45,113 nucleotides of DNA from a virus. Its lineage: Duplodnaviria; Caudoviricetes. Every line of letters starts with the position of its first letter. Within the stretch, counting starts at the first letter, position 1. The position numbers and the translations under genes are program-made. Shown here in pieces: positions 7,844 through 18,297 of the stretch. Under the pieces are notes generated by a model. It did not search any database and had not been told where the DNA came from. It saw only the letters and a program-made list of their open reading frames with translations. The stretch covers positions 1 through 45,113 of IMG/VR virus record IMGVR_UViG_3300030376_005384, one strand, 5' to 3'.

Positions 7844-10800
7844 CTGAATACTTCAATTTATTGTTTTTAGACGTAGCTTTACTTAATAAGATTCTTTTAC
7901 GATATTCAAATTCTTTTCTAACTTGCTTATATTCTTTAACTAACTTGGGGTCTTTCAAATAATTCAAAAATTCCCTTTCAGGTATTATGTTTCCTCTATC
8001 CTTGTCAACAGCGGAGGATAAGCTTGTTACAGAATACTTATTAAGATGAGCGTTTAAATCTCTCATTGTTTCATTATGTATTTGACGTAAGCTCATACCT
8101 TTACCATCTTTCCTAAATTCTTTTACCATAGATGTGAATATATAATTATATGTAGACCAGTAGGCTCTATTAAAAAGTTTTTGGTCATTAGAATAGAATG
8201 CATTTCTCAGATTCCTATAGTATGGAGTGTTAGTGTTTCCAGCCCCATGATAGCTATTGTCAGTGTTATACCCATTTTCACCTCTCCACCTATTTGCCCA
8301 AGTTCTAAATTTTTTAGTTTCTTTAAAAAGTTTATTTTTACGGAAACCAGTTCCTTTAAATGGGTCTGGTATATTTAAATTTTTTCTAAGTTGAGAATAT
8401 ACGACCAAAGTACTATTCAAATAGTCATCAACAGCTTGTCCTAGAAATTTTTTCTTTTCACCAATGCCGAACTGAGGTAAAAACCCATTTATAAACAAAC
8501 CAAATGTAGATGCTATATTTCTAAAAACAGCAGTTCCATAAATAGGGTTAAACTGTGATGCTAGCTTTTCATCATCTAAACTTAGGTTCATTTTTTTGTC
8601 AGAATATATATTAGCTGTGTAGGGATTCAAAAGGTCAGACCCTAACTGTAAAAATTCAGCTCTCCATAAGAATGAAGATATTTTAGTTAAAGTTTCTTCA
8701 TTTTCAAGGGGATTTTTTGTATCAAATAGAAAGTCATACATTTGCCAAAGTGCATATCCTGAAACCCCAGAGGCAACAGTAACTCTTGCTAAAGGGGCGA
8801 TATTTTGATGCTTTACTACTGGTTTTAAGTGGTTTTGATACATATCAAAAGTTGTTGAATATGCCATACGATAAAATAAAGATAAAGGTTTTACTACAGG
8901 ATTAGACATCCATCTTGGCAATAGCTGTGCGCCCGTTCCTCCAGAAACAGAGACGTGAGAATAGTGGGAAATTTTTGCTCTTATGTAATCCATTTTACCT
9001 GTAATATCTTTATCTGATAAACCGTCTTGAATTTTACGATAATTATTTTTATTGGTTAGAAAATCTATTTCATCGTCAGAAAGTTTAAAAACATTTTTCC
9101 AAAAGTATTTAATTTCTTTATTTTTAGATTTAAATAACATGTTCTTAACACCATGTATCTTGTCTAGTTGTACTTCAAATGTCATTAACCCTGCTTGAAC
9201 CTGTGCAACACGCCCCCACCCTTCTGTTTTTGTCATCCAGTTTATATCAAATAACTTTTCCATGCTAAACTCACCAAGATTAAACGGTAATTTAACAGCT
9301 TTATCTTGTAAAGCTAATGTTTTGGTTTGGTATGTTAAAAATCCATTTTTTCTTCCATCACTCATTAACTCGCCATAATTTGTCATTAACCTAACAAACG
9401 CTCTAGATGTGTTTATTACGCCAAAAGTCCCTATAGACCTAGGTATAGCAATTAATAAGTTTTTTACACCTGAAGTTGGAGATGATAACCCTGCGGCAGC
9501 AGACAAAGTTGATGTAATTGTTAAGGCATTAGTTAAACTATTCGTCTCCCTTGTTAGTCCTAAGCCTAATAAATCATCAAGATGTTTGGTAACCCATACT
9601 CCATTTTTATTCCCTTTCGCAGCAATATTAGAAAGCAGAGCTTTTGAGTCACTGGTAATCCCAAATGTTTTTCCGAAGTTGGTAAACTCTGGGAAATATT
9701 TTGTTGTAGATATAAATTTAGAGGAAACAGTTGAATATCTATCCATTACACTTTTGTAATCACTCTCATATGTTTTGACCATTCTTTTGTTGCCAAAAAT
9801 ATTAGTTACTTCTGTTTCGTAATCAAGAAGTATACCTCTTTTCTTAAAATAAGTATTTACAACTCTAGCAGGATTATATGTCATAATATCTAAAGCTTCA
9901 CCCTTAATTCCATTTAACACATCTATATCAGATAAGGTTTCGTCATAAGTTTTTTGCCATTCAAGAGGGTTGTCAGCTTTATTGTGTTTAGCATTAGCTT
10001 CTTTTCTAGCTACTTCTTTAATTTTTTTGTTTGCTATCTTTACTATAACAGGGCTATTGAGTCCATGTTTTTGAATTTCCATTAATACTTCTCTAGAAAC
10101 AGACCTTGTCATGTAATTTTTGATATATTTTTCATCAAATTCTTTTATCCACTCTTCATACTGGAACTTAGAGGATTTAGCCTTAACTTCCTGTTTTGTT
10201 CTCTCCCAATAGTAATCTGTCATTTTTTTGTGGTAATCTCTTGCAATTATGTGTTTTTGTGTAAACTTATCAAGTTTTGTAAACCCAACATCTGATGCTT
10301 TCCACAGTTTATTTGTTTTTTTGTTAATTAAATCAAAAGCTTTGATAGCATTTCTTTGTTCAATAGTTAAAGGTCTACCTTTTTGCTTTCGCATATCAGG
10401 CTCTAGTAATTCTAGACTGTTAACTTGCTTACCTAAAATCTCAGTTATTTGAAAAATCATTTCATCAGAAAAAGCTTTATCTTTGGTATACGTCACATCA
10501 TAATCTAACAATTTGTCAGCTAATTTTTTGGAAGACTCTCCGCCCTGTTGAAGTACATAATAAACAGGGGCAAATGTTTTTCTTAAGCCAGTTATCCAAT
10601 TATCCTTAAGCTCGTTAGATATATTTGAGAAAGCTGGGTTATCATAATTTACATTACCCTCAGTGTCTTTATACATATCAAAAAACTGTTTAGCAGAATC
10701 AATTACCCCTTCTGATTTAACATTATTTATATTACCATCTTTAACTCCAAGCTGTCTCAATATCTTTTGAGCATCCGAAGCAGGAACATTCATTTTTTTT

Positions 10801-10883
10801 CTATGTTGCTCTAGATTTAATTTAGCAGGAGCTAAAGGGTCGTCTTTTGATTTTTTTAATGAATCAGCATAACATACAGCCAT
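7824..10883 (-). CDS. Large internal virion/ejection protein (~1019 aa)
   Basis: Last gene of the late operon, helical, with hydrophobic C-terminal segments (PRWMSNPVVKPLSLF); TAATG-coupled start at 10883. Confidence 0.7.
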   Translation of the reverse strand: MAVCYADSLKKSKDDPLAPAKLNLEQHRKKMNVPASDAQKILRQLGVKDGNINNVKSEGVIDSAKQFFDMYKDTEGNVNYDNPAFSNISNELKDNWITGLRKTFAPVYYVLQQGGESSKKLADKLLDYDVTYTKDKAFSDEMIFQITEILGKQVNSLELLEPDMRKQKGRPLTIEQRNAIKAFDLINKKTNKLWKASDVGFTKLDKFTQKHIIARDYHKKMTDYYWERTKQEVKAKSSKFQYEEWIKEFDEKYIKNYMTRSVSREVLMEIQKHGLNSPVIVKIANKKIKEVARKEANAKHNKADNPLEWQKTYDETLSDIDVLNGIKGEALDIMTYNPARVVNTYFKKRGILLDYETEVTNIFGNKRMVKTYESDYKSVMDRYSTVSSKFISTTKYFPEFTNFGKTFGITSDSKALLSNIAAKGNKNGVWVTKHLDDLLGLGLTRETNSLTNALTITSTLSAAAGLSSPTSGVKNLLIAIPRSIGTFGVINTSRAFVRLMTNYGELMSDGRKNGFLTYQTKTLALQDKAVKLPFNLGEFSMEKLFDINWMTKTEGWGRVAQVQAGLMTFEVQLDKIHGVKNMLFKSKNKEIKYFWKNVFKLSDDEIDFLTNKNNYRKIQDGLSDKDITGKMDYIRAKISHYSHVSVSGGTGAQLLPRWMSNPVVKPLSLFYRMAYSTTFDMYQNHLKPVVKHQNIAPLARVTVASGVSGYALWQMYDFLFDTKNPLENEETLTKISSFLWRAEFLQLGSDLLNPYTANIYSDKKMNLSLDDEKLASQFNPIYGTAVFRNIASTFGLFINGFLPQFGIGEKKKFLGQAVDDYLNSTLVVYSQLRKNLNIPDPFKGTGFRKNKLFKETKKFRTWANRWRGENGYNTDNSYHGAGNTNTPYYRNLRNAFYSNDQKLFNRAYWSTYNYIFTSMVKEFRKDGKGMSLRQIHNETMRDLNAHLNKYSVTSLSSAVDKDRGNIIPEREFLNYLKDPKLVKEYKQVRKEFEYRKRILLSKATSKNNKLKYSAIYDKF

Positions 10884-13800
10884 TATCCACACTCCATATT
10901 TTTTGTAATTTTATTTAACACACCTTCATCAACTAAAGGATGATTTAACATTTTTTTAATATCTATATTTTTCATATCCATAACCTTAGCAGCTTCAAGT
11001 TTAGTAAGCCCAGAAACTCTTAATAAAAGATTTAATTCGCCTCTTCTTATTTTTTCATTACTGTTATCAATAGGTTTGTCTCCAGTTTTAATAGGCGCAT
11101 CAAAATCTTTGTCTTTTATAAGCACAGAAGCTTTTTGCCTTAATTTATCAACACTATCATCACTAGATATTGTTAGCTTATTAGTTTCATTCTTAGGTCT
11201 TACAAGCTTGTCTCCTGACAGGGTAATTAGGTCGTCAGCAATTTCGCTACCTACACCAAATTTAATCTTCCTTAATAAACTTTCTATGGGTTTTTGTTGT
11301 ATAGATTTAGGCTCTCCTGTAACTGGAACATTTAAGAAGTTTTTGTCTGCTGCAAATAATTCGGTAATTCTTGTAGAGCCTTCTAGAGCTGTTCTAAACA
11401 TACCTTCTAAAACATCTTTATGTATTCTAAATGATATAGAGTTTTTAGCTATTTCAGAGCTTAAATCTACATCTCTTAATACAGTCCCATCGTTTGTAAA
11501 TGAAATAAAGCCATCACTGTCGGCTAATTTTTTTAGCTCTGCAAGTTTTTCAAAGCCTTTTTTTAATTGATGTATAGTAACACCTGTTTTGTCTTTTAAC
11601 CCAATATCACTTATACCGTATTTTTTTAACTGTTTAAATGATTTTTTTCCAAACATTTGTTCTAACTTTGTAGAATTTTTACTATCAAAAACCACCTCTT
11701 GAAATTCTTTTAATAATTTTGTGTATTCTTTAAATCCAAGCTCAGAATTTTTTTTCAAATCAGCAATATAGGCTGCTTGCACTTTATCTAAACTTTTACT
11801 TTGTGCGTGACCTAAACCAAATAAGTCAACTAATGCAGCTTGTTTTGATGTAGGACTATATTTAGTAGACACCCAGGTTGACATAGCTTTTCTAAAATCA
11901 CTACCATTTATACCAAAAATAGATTTAGACAATTGTGTAAAAGTGCTATTTGATATTGCAGAGTTTTTATCAAAATTTCGTGTATCATCTGCTCCTCTTT
12001 TTCCTTTTTTACCTGTCTTTGTCCTTGCGAAAAATAATATTTCATGTAATTTTTTATCTTCACCTATAACTTGGTTTACTGTCTTTTTTACTAGACTCTT
12101 TATTGAGCTTAGTAAAGTTTTTGTACTTTCACCTGACTGTCCAGCAGTTGGTTTAGACTTAACATCTTGAATAGGTATCTTTTTTTCAGCTCCTACTTTA
12201 CTCATTGTGACGGTAATTAAATCATCTTTTACATTTTCGGTAGTAATACCCGCTTTAGTAGACTCTTTAAAATCTTTACCCTTAGCTTTTTGAAGTAAAT
12301 AACTTTCTTTTGTAGTTCTATTTAATCTACTAGCTAAAATTTCATAAGTTTTAAAGTTGTCAGCTAATTTTTTTAAAGCTCCTGCCCTAGTTATTGAATT
12401 TGTTTCTGTAATAAACTGTGTCCAGTCACTAACTCTTGTATTATTAATTTTCTTTCCTGGATATTTTTCTGCCATCCAATCTGTAAATTTAATTATTTCT
12501 TTTAAGTATTTTTGATATGATACCCCCCCTTTTGTTTGGGTAGCATTATCTGTCTGTCTAACAAAAGTATCAATTAATTTATAATTAGATATAGCAATCT
12601 TTCTTTCATCATCAGATAGCTCTTGTAAGATTTCTCCATTTCTAATTTTATTTATTTTATCTTCAATTTCTTTTGATGCTTTTAAAGCTTCTTTCAAGTT
12701 AGATTGTTGTTGGCCTGGCTTCATTGAATCGATTTTACTCTTAAAAGTATCGTCAGATTCTCTTATTTCATTTATAAAACTAGTTTCTTTTCTAGTTAAA
12801 TCTGCTGATGGAGCATCTATATCTCCTAAAGTTTTTAATTTTTCATCAAATATTTGAGCTTCAATAAGATTAATTTCTTCTGGACTTTTACCAGCTTCTT
12901 TTAATTTTTCCCCAAATTCTTCTATTTTATAGTCTTTTCTAATACCACTATCATCTATATCATAAGATATAGTTTTTACGTTTTTTGCTTGTAATTTCGC
13001 AGCTAAAACTCTAGCTTGGGTACCTACATTGACTTGGTTTTCTGCAAGAATCTTATTAGCTTGTTCATTTCTACTTCGTTTCCAACTTATCATTTCATCT
13101 ACATCAGCTAGTCTTGTTTTACTAGGAGAGTTGTCTACATAGTCTACAACCTCTAAAAATAATTCCATATTTTTTTGTAAAAATTGTTGGCTAAATTTAG
13201 CCATTTTAGCAGGGTCTTCCCCTAACTCTTCCATACCTTTTAGTGCGGCTTGATGCTCCTGAACCTTTAATTTTAATTTTTCGTAGGTTTTTCCTGTAGA
13301 GCTTTCTTCGAATGTTTTTCTAGCTTCAGAAATATCTGATACAATAGAATCTGTTAAATCATCTGTGCTATTTGAGGTTTTTTGAGCTTCTACTTGACTA
13401 TCTTTAGATGTTTTTGATTTAGAATTAACATTGTCTGCTACATTTTGTAAAGCATCTAATTCTTTTGTTTTAAGGTTAAAAGCTTTTCTGTAAGCAGTGT
13501 TGGCTCTTTCTATAGGACCTAAAACTGTTTTATCTAGACCAAAATTCATAACACCCATAACACCACGAAATGTTCCCATAGTGGCAAGGCTATAAAACAT
13601 TTCTTCAATAGTTTTTGTTTGTCCATAAGCTAATTGTGTACCAACAACATCTCCAGCAGTTAACATGCCTACATCTGTAGCATACTGAGCGCCTTTTCCA
13701 GTAAATTTCATTGCCTTGGTTAATGTCCCTAATTGCTTTTGACTTGCCCCTGTCAATACCTTTTGTGACTCTAATCTTTTTATAACATTCAATATTCTAC

Positions 13801-14572
13801 TATGTTTTGCTGCTAAGAATGGTGAAGCAACACCTCCCATAACACCCATAATCCCACCATGCACTATCCCTGCATAAGTTTCTTTCATTATTTCATCACT
13901 AGATAAAGGGCCTTCCATACTAGGGTCTCTCATATGAAGTGTTCTTGCATATAGATTAGATTTAGCAGCTTCAAAGGGTACGAATCTCGCTTCTGCAGCT
14001 AAAACATTATTAAAAGTCGCATTAATTGTAGATGGCTTTATTTTAGGCATTGTAGGCGCAATAACTTTTGTTATATACTTACTGGCGGATGGTATTAAAG
14101 ACTTCCCAACAGGGCTTTTTAATAGTGCTTTAGCACCAATACTGCCTATACCCATAGAAAGTAAGTCTAAAGGCATTACAAAACTAGCAATCCCCGCTAA
14201 TGCTTCTTCATATAATTCTGGCTGTCTATCAAATGTGAATCTTTCTTCTCCTCGCATAAGGTCGTCAGCCATACCTTGTAGTGAGCGGGAATATGCAAGT
14301 CTAGCTAAAAATGGACTTTCATCGTCAATTCCGTAAAAATTAAAAATGTCCATAAAATCATTTTCAGAAGTTTTATTTTTTTGTTTTTCAAATGGGTCTA
14401 CATCAGCTAAAGGTTTTGGTGCGGTGTATTTGGCTTCAGCCCAATCAAGTATGTCTTCATTGGGATAATTCCTTCTAGCATACCTATAAACTTCTTCATC
14501 TGTTAGGTTTTTAAACTTAACAGGGTCAGAATCTCTTAATTGTTGGACAGCACTCTGAGCGGAAACTGGCAT
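10883..14572 (-). CDS. Large internal virion/ejection protein (1229 aa) containing a tyrosine-recombinase-like module
   Basis: Position among ejection genes; G/A-rich hydrophobic N-part; motifs MSK792, SDFR894, LGH922, Y935, GSTR1068ITEL. Confidence 0.7.
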   Translation of the reverse strand: MPVSAQSAVQQLRDSDPVKFKNLTDEEVYRYARRNYPNEDILDWAEAKYTAPKPLADVDPFEKQKNKTSENDFMDIFNFYGIDDESPFLARLAYSRSLQGMADDLMRGEERFTFDRQPELYEEALAGIASFVMPLDLLSMGIGSIGAKALLKSPVGKSLIPSASKYITKVIAPTMPKIKPSTINATFNNVLAAEARFVPFEAAKSNLYARTLHMRDPSMEGPLSSDEIMKETYAGIVHGGIMGVMGGVASPFLAAKHSRILNVIKRLESQKVLTGASQKQLGTLTKAMKFTGKGAQYATDVGMLTAGDVVGTQLAYGQTKTIEEMFYSLATMGTFRGVMGVMNFGLDKTVLGPIERANTAYRKAFNLKTKELDALQNVADNVNSKSKTSKDSQVEAQKTSNSTDDLTDSIVSDISEARKTFEESSTGKTYEKLKLKVQEHQAALKGMEELGEDPAKMAKFSQQFLQKNMELFLEVVDYVDNSPSKTRLADVDEMISWKRSRNEQANKILAENQVNVGTQARVLAAKLQAKNVKTISYDIDDSGIRKDYKIEEFGEKLKEAGKSPEEINLIEAQIFDEKLKTLGDIDAPSADLTRKETSFINEIRESDDTFKSKIDSMKPGQQQSNLKEALKASKEIEDKINKIRNGEILQELSDDERKIAISNYKLIDTFVRQTDNATQTKGGVSYQKYLKEIIKFTDWMAEKYPGKKINNTRVSDWTQFITETNSITRAGALKKLADNFKTYEILASRLNRTTKESYLLQKAKGKDFKESTKAGITTENVKDDLITVTMSKVGAEKKIPIQDVKSKPTAGQSGESTKTLLSSIKSLVKKTVNQVIGEDKKLHEILFFARTKTGKKGKRGADDTRNFDKNSAISNSTFTQLSKSIFGINGSDFRKAMSTWVSTKYSPTSKQAALVDLFGLGHAQSKSLDKVQAAYIADLKKNSELGFKEYTKLLKEFQEVVFDSKNSTKLEQMFGKKSFKQLKKYGISDIGLKDKTGVTIHQLKKGFEKLAELKKLADSDGFISFTNDGTVLRDVDLSSEIAKNSISFRIHKDVLEGMFRTALEGSTRITELFAADKNFLNVPVTGEPKSIQQKPIESLLRKIKFGVGSEIADDLITLSGDKLVRPKNETNKLTISSDDSVDKLRQKASVLIKDKDFDAPIKTGDKPIDNSNEKIRRGELNLLLRVSGLTKLEAAKVMDMKNIDIKKMLNHPLVDEGVLNKITKNMECG

Positions 14573-14577
14573 ATTAA

Positions 14578-16731
14578 TTAATCTTCTTTATCAGGTAATG
14601 GTTTTCCTGTTTGTTGCTCAATAGCCTCTACTTCATCTTCACTAAACATTTCATAAATATCATAACCTATATCAGCTAAGTCATAAACAAACATTAGTCC
14701 ACTGACAAATGCTGCTGGTATAGCAAGACTACCACCACTTGCTGTGGTACCTGCTGCAAAACTAGTTACAGCTTTAGCCGCAGTTTTTCTGCCTTTCTTC
14801 TTTAGTATTTTTACAATTTTATCAGAGTTCTTTACAATCTTTTTGTAAAGTTTATTTGCTGTATATGTACCTGCAAGCCCAACTGCAGCCTCTTCATACC
14901 CTGAAGCTTCTGGCCTAATAGTTTCATATATAGCTGTAGTTGCGGTGTAAGGTAAAATATATTTAGAAGATTTTTGAGCTAGCTTGCCAATTTTATTTTT
15001 AAGGCTATAAAAGTTAATATATTTATTAGTTAATTTTCTATCAAAAGCTTTAGATATAATCTTTTTGTCAACCCCAAATTTCTTAGAATACCTTGTAACT
15101 ATCTTATCTATTCTTGAGGTTCTCTGTTTGTTTAATTGGTCTAATTTTACTTTATTAACCTTAACATCTTTTTTATTTTTAATTAAATCTTCTATCTTTT
15201 CAATTTTACTATCTAGCTTTTTTATACCCCCCATTGTTTTTTGAGAGCCTGGGCTTTCTATAATTTCAGCTATTTGGTCGCTACTTAACTGAGTTGCCCT
15301 GTAAATATCTAATCCTAAATCTTTAACTGCGCTTCCATGTTCAGCAACTAATCCAGTCAACGCTATTCCTCCAATAATTACACCAGCACTTGGTCCACCC
15401 TCTTCATCTTCAGCACCTGGTGTGGTAGTTGTTGCTCCACCTGTTGCATCACCTGCAGCACCACCTATTGCTCCACCTGTTTGAACGTCTTGTCTGAATG
15501 TTTTAAGACCAGGAGTGTAGTCCCACAGGTATTGACCAGACACTTCATTTACTCCATCATCACCAACATAAACTGGGTTTGCATCACTAGCGTAAGAAAG
15601 TTGAGAATAATCTCCTGTATTGCCTAGCTCTTCTTTATATCTTCTGTAGGCAATATCTTTATTTTCTACGTTATTTTGTAAGCTTTGTAGCTGTTGGTCT
15701 AAAAATGATATTGCATCCTCCTTAGAACCAAATTGTTGACCAAGAACATAAAATTCATCATCTATATAGCCAGTCGCTTCTTTAGATTTTATATCAGGTT
15801 CCCCTGCACCTGTAAGGTCTTTAAAAAAATTAAACTTATCAATAACTTGTTCTGTCCCATCATCTAAGCTAGCTACTCTGTAAGCATCGTCCGTATTACC
15901 TTCTCTTTGTAGGTCTTCTTTGTATTTCCATAAACTAGAATATTGAGCATACGTTTCATCCATCTCTTTTTTTAATGCAGGTAAAAATTGATTGGCAATC
16001 TTTCCTGAAGTTTCTTTGTAGTACTGCTTCATTGCTTGGTCAAAAAGATTAGCATCTGTTCGTCCATTAATAAAGTCTGACACCAATTGCTTTTCTCTAG
16101 CGTCAAATATGCCTGTTGCTATATCTGGTAATGTTTCCATTAAAGCTTCTGTCCTTGCAACATCCATAGCTAACTCTGTGTTTTGTTCTGGCATAATACT
16201 TTGGTAATTAGACGAGTTAAGTTTATAGTTAGCTAATATTTTTCCTAATTTAACAAAATCATCTTTAAAAACATTATTTTCTACATTTAAAATTAATTCA
16301 TCATCTAAAGAAAGTATTTCATTATCAATAGTCTCTAACGCATTATCTAAAGCTTTTTTATCTCTTGCAAAATTATTATGTAAATCTTTTTTTGGTTTTA
16401 TATTTTGAGCAATAAATGTTGTAGATATACCTTCAATATCGGCAGTTAACTCAGGGTATTTTTGTATATATTGTTGAGCCATTATATTTAATTGATTCTC
16501 ACCCTCAGAAACACTAGCGCTATCAGAATAATCAATAGTATTAACAGCATTTGTCATTAAACTTTTAACATTATCTAGCTGTATAGCTTCACGTCTATCA
16601 CGCTGAAGAGTAGCTTGATTTATAACCCCTTGTGCTTGAGAGGCTACTTGGATAGTTTTTAGAAGTCTATCCATTGGGTCTTCACCTAACCCTAAATTTA
16701 CATTTGCTCCTGCAGGTAATACTTTGGCCAT
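14578..16731 (-). CDS. Putative internal virion/ejection protein (717 aa)
   Basis: Synteny; acidic N-half, basic C-half, Gly/Ala hydrophobic segments. Confidence 0.65.
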   Translation of the reverse strand: MAKVLPAGANVNLGLGEDPMDRLLKTIQVASQAQGVINQATLQRDRREAIQLDNVKSLMTNAVNTIDYSDSASVSEGENQLNIMAQQYIQKYPELTADIEGISTTFIAQNIKPKKDLHNNFARDKKALDNALETIDNEILSLDDELILNVENNVFKDDFVKLGKILANYKLNSSNYQSIMPEQNTELAMDVARTEALMETLPDIATGIFDAREKQLVSDFINGRTDANLFDQAMKQYYKETSGKIANQFLPALKKEMDETYAQYSSLWKYKEDLQREGNTDDAYRVASLDDGTEQVIDKFNFFKDLTGAGEPDIKSKEATGYIDDEFYVLGQQFGSKEDAISFLDQQLQSLQNNVENKDIAYRRYKEELGNTGDYSQLSYASDANPVYVGDDGVNEVSGQYLWDYTPGLKTFRQDVQTGGAIGGAAGDATGGATTTTPGAEDEEGGPSAGVIIGGIALTGLVAEHGSAVKDLGLDIYRATQLSSDQIAEIIESPGSQKTMGGIKKLDSKIEKIEDLIKNKKDVKVNKVKLDQLNKQRTSRIDKIVTRYSKKFGVDKKIISKAFDRKLTNKYINFYSLKNKIGKLAQKSSKYILPYTATTAIYETIRPEASGYEEAAVGLAGTYTANKLYKKIVKNSDKIVKILKKKGRKTAAKAVTSFAAGTTASGGSLAIPAAFVSGLMFVYDLADIGYDIYEMFSEDEVEAIEQQTGKPLPDKED

Positions 16732-17442
16732 TTACCCTCCTGGTGTATTCATATTGGCTATAATTGAGCCATAACCTTCTAATTCAGAATATAGTTGCTG
16801 TAATGCGGTTGCTCTTTGCTTATTTACATCTTCCATAATGCCTTGAGAGCCTTGTGCAAACTGCTGTTCAGCTAAATCTTGTGCAACAGTTCTACCACCA
16901 TAACCTGCAAAACCACCACCAATTTGTGAAGCTTTCGCTCTTTGTCTAGACAAGGAATCTGCTAATGTTCCTCTTTTTGTAGCAACCTCTTTAGAATAAC
17001 TACCAGGGTCTATACCTCTAAGAGTAGATAGTTTCGTTGGTTTTGCCATTGCAGAGTCAAAATCATAGACTCCCGACCTTTCAAACCCCTCTGCTAATGA
17101 TTGACCTCCAAATATATTAGGAGCAGAAGGATTCGCTTCTAAAAACATTCCACTTTCAATCCCAGCTTCTCCTCCAGCGTCTAGAATATTTTTAATTTCA
17201 AGTGCTTTTGTTATTCTATCATTCCAACTTCCAGGGACTTCTTCCATTAACATGTCGGCAAATTCTTCAGTAGGCTCATAACCCTGGTCTCTTAAAGACT
17301 GAAAAACGTCATAATATTGAGACTCTGATTCCCCCCATCCAGGCATAAACTCATCTGTAGTTAAATCGTATTTTCTTGGTCTAAATGTTGTTTGTACATC
17401 TGACATAAATGATTTTGGTAATAAATAATCTAATACGCTCAT
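16732..17442 (-). CDS. Putative ejection protein (236 aa)
   Basis: Synteny; GGGFAGYGG plus Q-rich helix. Confidence 0.6.
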   Translation of the reverse strand: MSVLDYLLPKSFMSDVQTTFRPRKYDLTTDEFMPGWGESESQYYDVFQSLRDQGYEPTEEFADMLMEEVPGSWNDRITKALEIKNILDAGGEAGIESGMFLEANPSAPNIFGGQSLAEGFERSGVYDFDSAMAKPTKLSTLRGIDPGSYSKEVATKRGTLADSLSRQRAKASQIGGGFAGYGGRTVAQDLAEQQFAQGSQGIMEDVNKQRATALQQLYSELEGYGSIIANMNTPGG

Positions 17443-17450
17443 ATAAATCC

Positions 17451-18212
17451 TTAATAAAATTTAGGAGCTTGCGCTCTTGTCATAACTGGCTCTTCAGGTT
17501 CACCTAATAAATAATCTTGTAATAACCCTTCTAGCATTGGAGCATATAATGCTGGTGTAGTTAAATTAGCTAAGGGTAATGCAGATTTTGATGCTAAACC
17601 TGGTCCAAGCAATTTCTGTAATTTTTGTCCTGGAATTAAAACTCTGGTGGATTTGGGGTCAAAAACATTTCCTAATACGCTTCCTGGCAATGTTCCTTGA
17701 ATGGTTGAACCAACGCTACTTGCGATTTTTTTACCCCATTCGGTGCCTTTTGCAGCTGTTATACCAGATAAAGCTGCAGAAGCTAAGCCAGTCATTAAAT
17801 CAGCCTGTTTTCTACCCTTTAAGTACTTTTTTAACCCAGTCTGACCTTGCATCTTACCACCTGTAAGATATTCATCTAAAAATGTTCCTTTAAATTTTGC
17901 AGGTATATTCTTATGCATACCCGCTTTTTTAATCATTTCTTTTAAATCTTTTTGAGAAGTAGCAGTATCTATACCTTGAGCAATTAAACCAAGCGCAGGG
18001 TTAACCATACCTAATGCTGTTTTAACTAAACCACCACCTTTAAACCCAAACAAACCAGTTTCTTTTGATGCTTCTTTTTGTATTCTTTGTAATTCTTTTT
18101 CAAGTAAATTAGTAGCTTCTCTAGCTCTTGCGTCAAAATAATCTTGTTGCGCTCTTTTTTGAGATAATCCTACTTTTGATGCTAATCTATCTAATGCGAA
18201 TGGTTGTGCCAT
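17451..18212 (-). CDS. Putative ejection/pilot protein (253 aa)
   Basis: Synteny; Gly/Ala-rich hydrophobic stretches. Confidence 0.6.
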   Translation of the reverse strand: MAQPFALDRLASKVGLSQKRAQQDYFDARAREATNLLEKELQRIQKEASKETGLFGFKGGGLVKTALGMVNPALGLIAQGIDTATSQKDLKEMIKKAGMHKNIPAKFKGTFLDEYLTGGKMQGQTGLKKYLKGRKQADLMTGLASAALSGITAAKGTEWGKKIASSVGSTIQGTLPGSVLGNVFDPKSTRVLIPGQKLQKLLGPGLASKSALPLANLTTPALYAPMLEGLLQDYLLGEPEEPVMTRAQAPKFY

Positions 18213-18297
18213 AATTTTCCCTTATAGTTCTGTGTGTAATTTATAAAAATTAATTAAATATTCATAATAAATATTTTTTAATATTCCAAGTGTTTTA
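18213..18297 (-). promoter_or_regulatory. AT-rich intergenic region, possible promoter for the ejection-protein genes
   Basis: TATGAA-17-TAAATT on the - strand, loosely resembling the terS upstream region. Confidence 0.35.

Noticed and set aside
16729-16734. In-frame TAA-ATG junctions (16732/16731 and 23567/23566) as stop read-through or recoding
   Set aside because: The junctions fit ordinary translational coupling (GGAGG precedes 16731), and gene density is normal under the standard code.
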